From a virus, in IMG/VR virus record IMGVR_UViG_3300006931_000002, positions 1 through 64,000 of that record: a DNA stretch of 64,000 bases; one strand, given 5' to 3'. The position numbers and the translations under genes were made by a program. Below the pieces are notes generated by a model that had not been told where the DNA came from, ran no database searches, and saw only the letters and a program-made list of their open reading frames with translations. Position 1 is the stretch's first letter. The number at the start of each line of letters is the position of its first letter. Of this stretch, positions 63,413-64,000 are shown piece after piece.

Positions 63413-64000
63413 GTGCAGCCCAAGACCAACCGCGCCCTGAAACGCATCGTCATCTACTGCCGCATCTCCCAGGACCGCACAGGCGCGGGACTGGGCGTCG
63501 AACGGCAAGACGCCGCATGCAGGGAACTGCTCGCCCGGCTCGGCTTCACAGAGGCAGAGATCGCCGCCGCCGTGGTACTCATCGACAACGACATGTCTGC
63601 GACCAGGCGTCGCAAACCCCGGCCTGGCTATCGGCGCCTGCTCGAAGGGCTGCGGCAGCGCCAGTGGGATGTCCTCGCCACCTTGCACAACGACCGGCTG
63701 CTTCGGAACAACCGGGAGCTGGAAGACTTCATCGCCGTCGTCGAAGCGAACCCGCTGCGGATCGTCACCGTCCTTGCCGGCGAGTATGACCTGGCGACGG
63801 CGACGGGCAGGATGACAGCCCGCATCGTGGGCGCGGTCGCACAGAAGGAAGCCGAGCAGGAAGCCGAACGGCTTCGGGAGCAGAGAAGGCAGGCAGCCGA
63901 GATGGGGCGGCTACATGGCGGCCGGCGACCGTTCGGCTGGGGTGCAGAAGTCGGCAAAGGTACAGACGGGGCGCCGCTGATTGACCGGTCGCGGCCACAT
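63413..64000 (+). CDS. Large serine integrase (partial; not in ORF track)
   Basis: IYCRISQDRTGAGLGVERQ, DNDMSA, RPGY, DRLLRN, DLATATGRMTARIVGAVAQKE, GGRRPFGW. Confidence 0.95.
   Translation, partial: MQPKTNRALKRIVIYCRISQDRTGAGLGVERQDAACRELLARLGFTEAEIAAAVVLIDNDMSATRRRKPRPGYRRLLEGLRQRQWDVLATLHNDRLLRNNRELEDFIAVVEANPLRIVTVLAGEYDLATATGRMTARIVGAVAQKEAEQEAERLREQRRQAAEMGRLHGGRRPFGWGAEVGKGTDGAPLIDRSRPH

Noticed and set aside
56100-64000. att sites or prophage boundary
   Set aside because: Serine integrase sites lack long direct repeats, no host genes are visible and the integrase is truncated, so none can be called

Overview
High-GC actinobacterial temperate siphophage or prophage, cut by the window in the head-tail joining genes on the left and in a large serine integrase on the right. 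In order: a tail module (tube, frameshifted chaperone, tape measure, one giant tail-tip protein, a paralogous beta-helix protein); a lysis region (GH25 lysin, prodomain-less S53 peptidase, HNH-like lipoprotein, r1t-type holin); a long leftward arm of small early genes punctuated by small divergent RHH/HTH regulators; a rightward replication arm (initiator with iterons, DnaC-like loader, DnaB, SF2 helicase, SSB, ParB-like protein); and a right-end block with an AlpA-like HTH, a second Rep-like gene, a GntR/UTRA regulator, an HNH nuclease and the integrase. The most unusual element lies in the leftward arm. It is a WhiB-headed operon of Spd-like membrane proteins, an NlpC/P60-transglycosylase-TraA-like fusion and a TraB/FtsK-type DNA translocase, overlaid with a dense field of TGCGG(A) repeats. 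This suggests a phage that can also move by actinomycete-type conjugation. An intact IS605-group element (tnpA plus tnpB) sits in frame inside a small early gene. All family calls come from motif recognition by eye, not from database searches.
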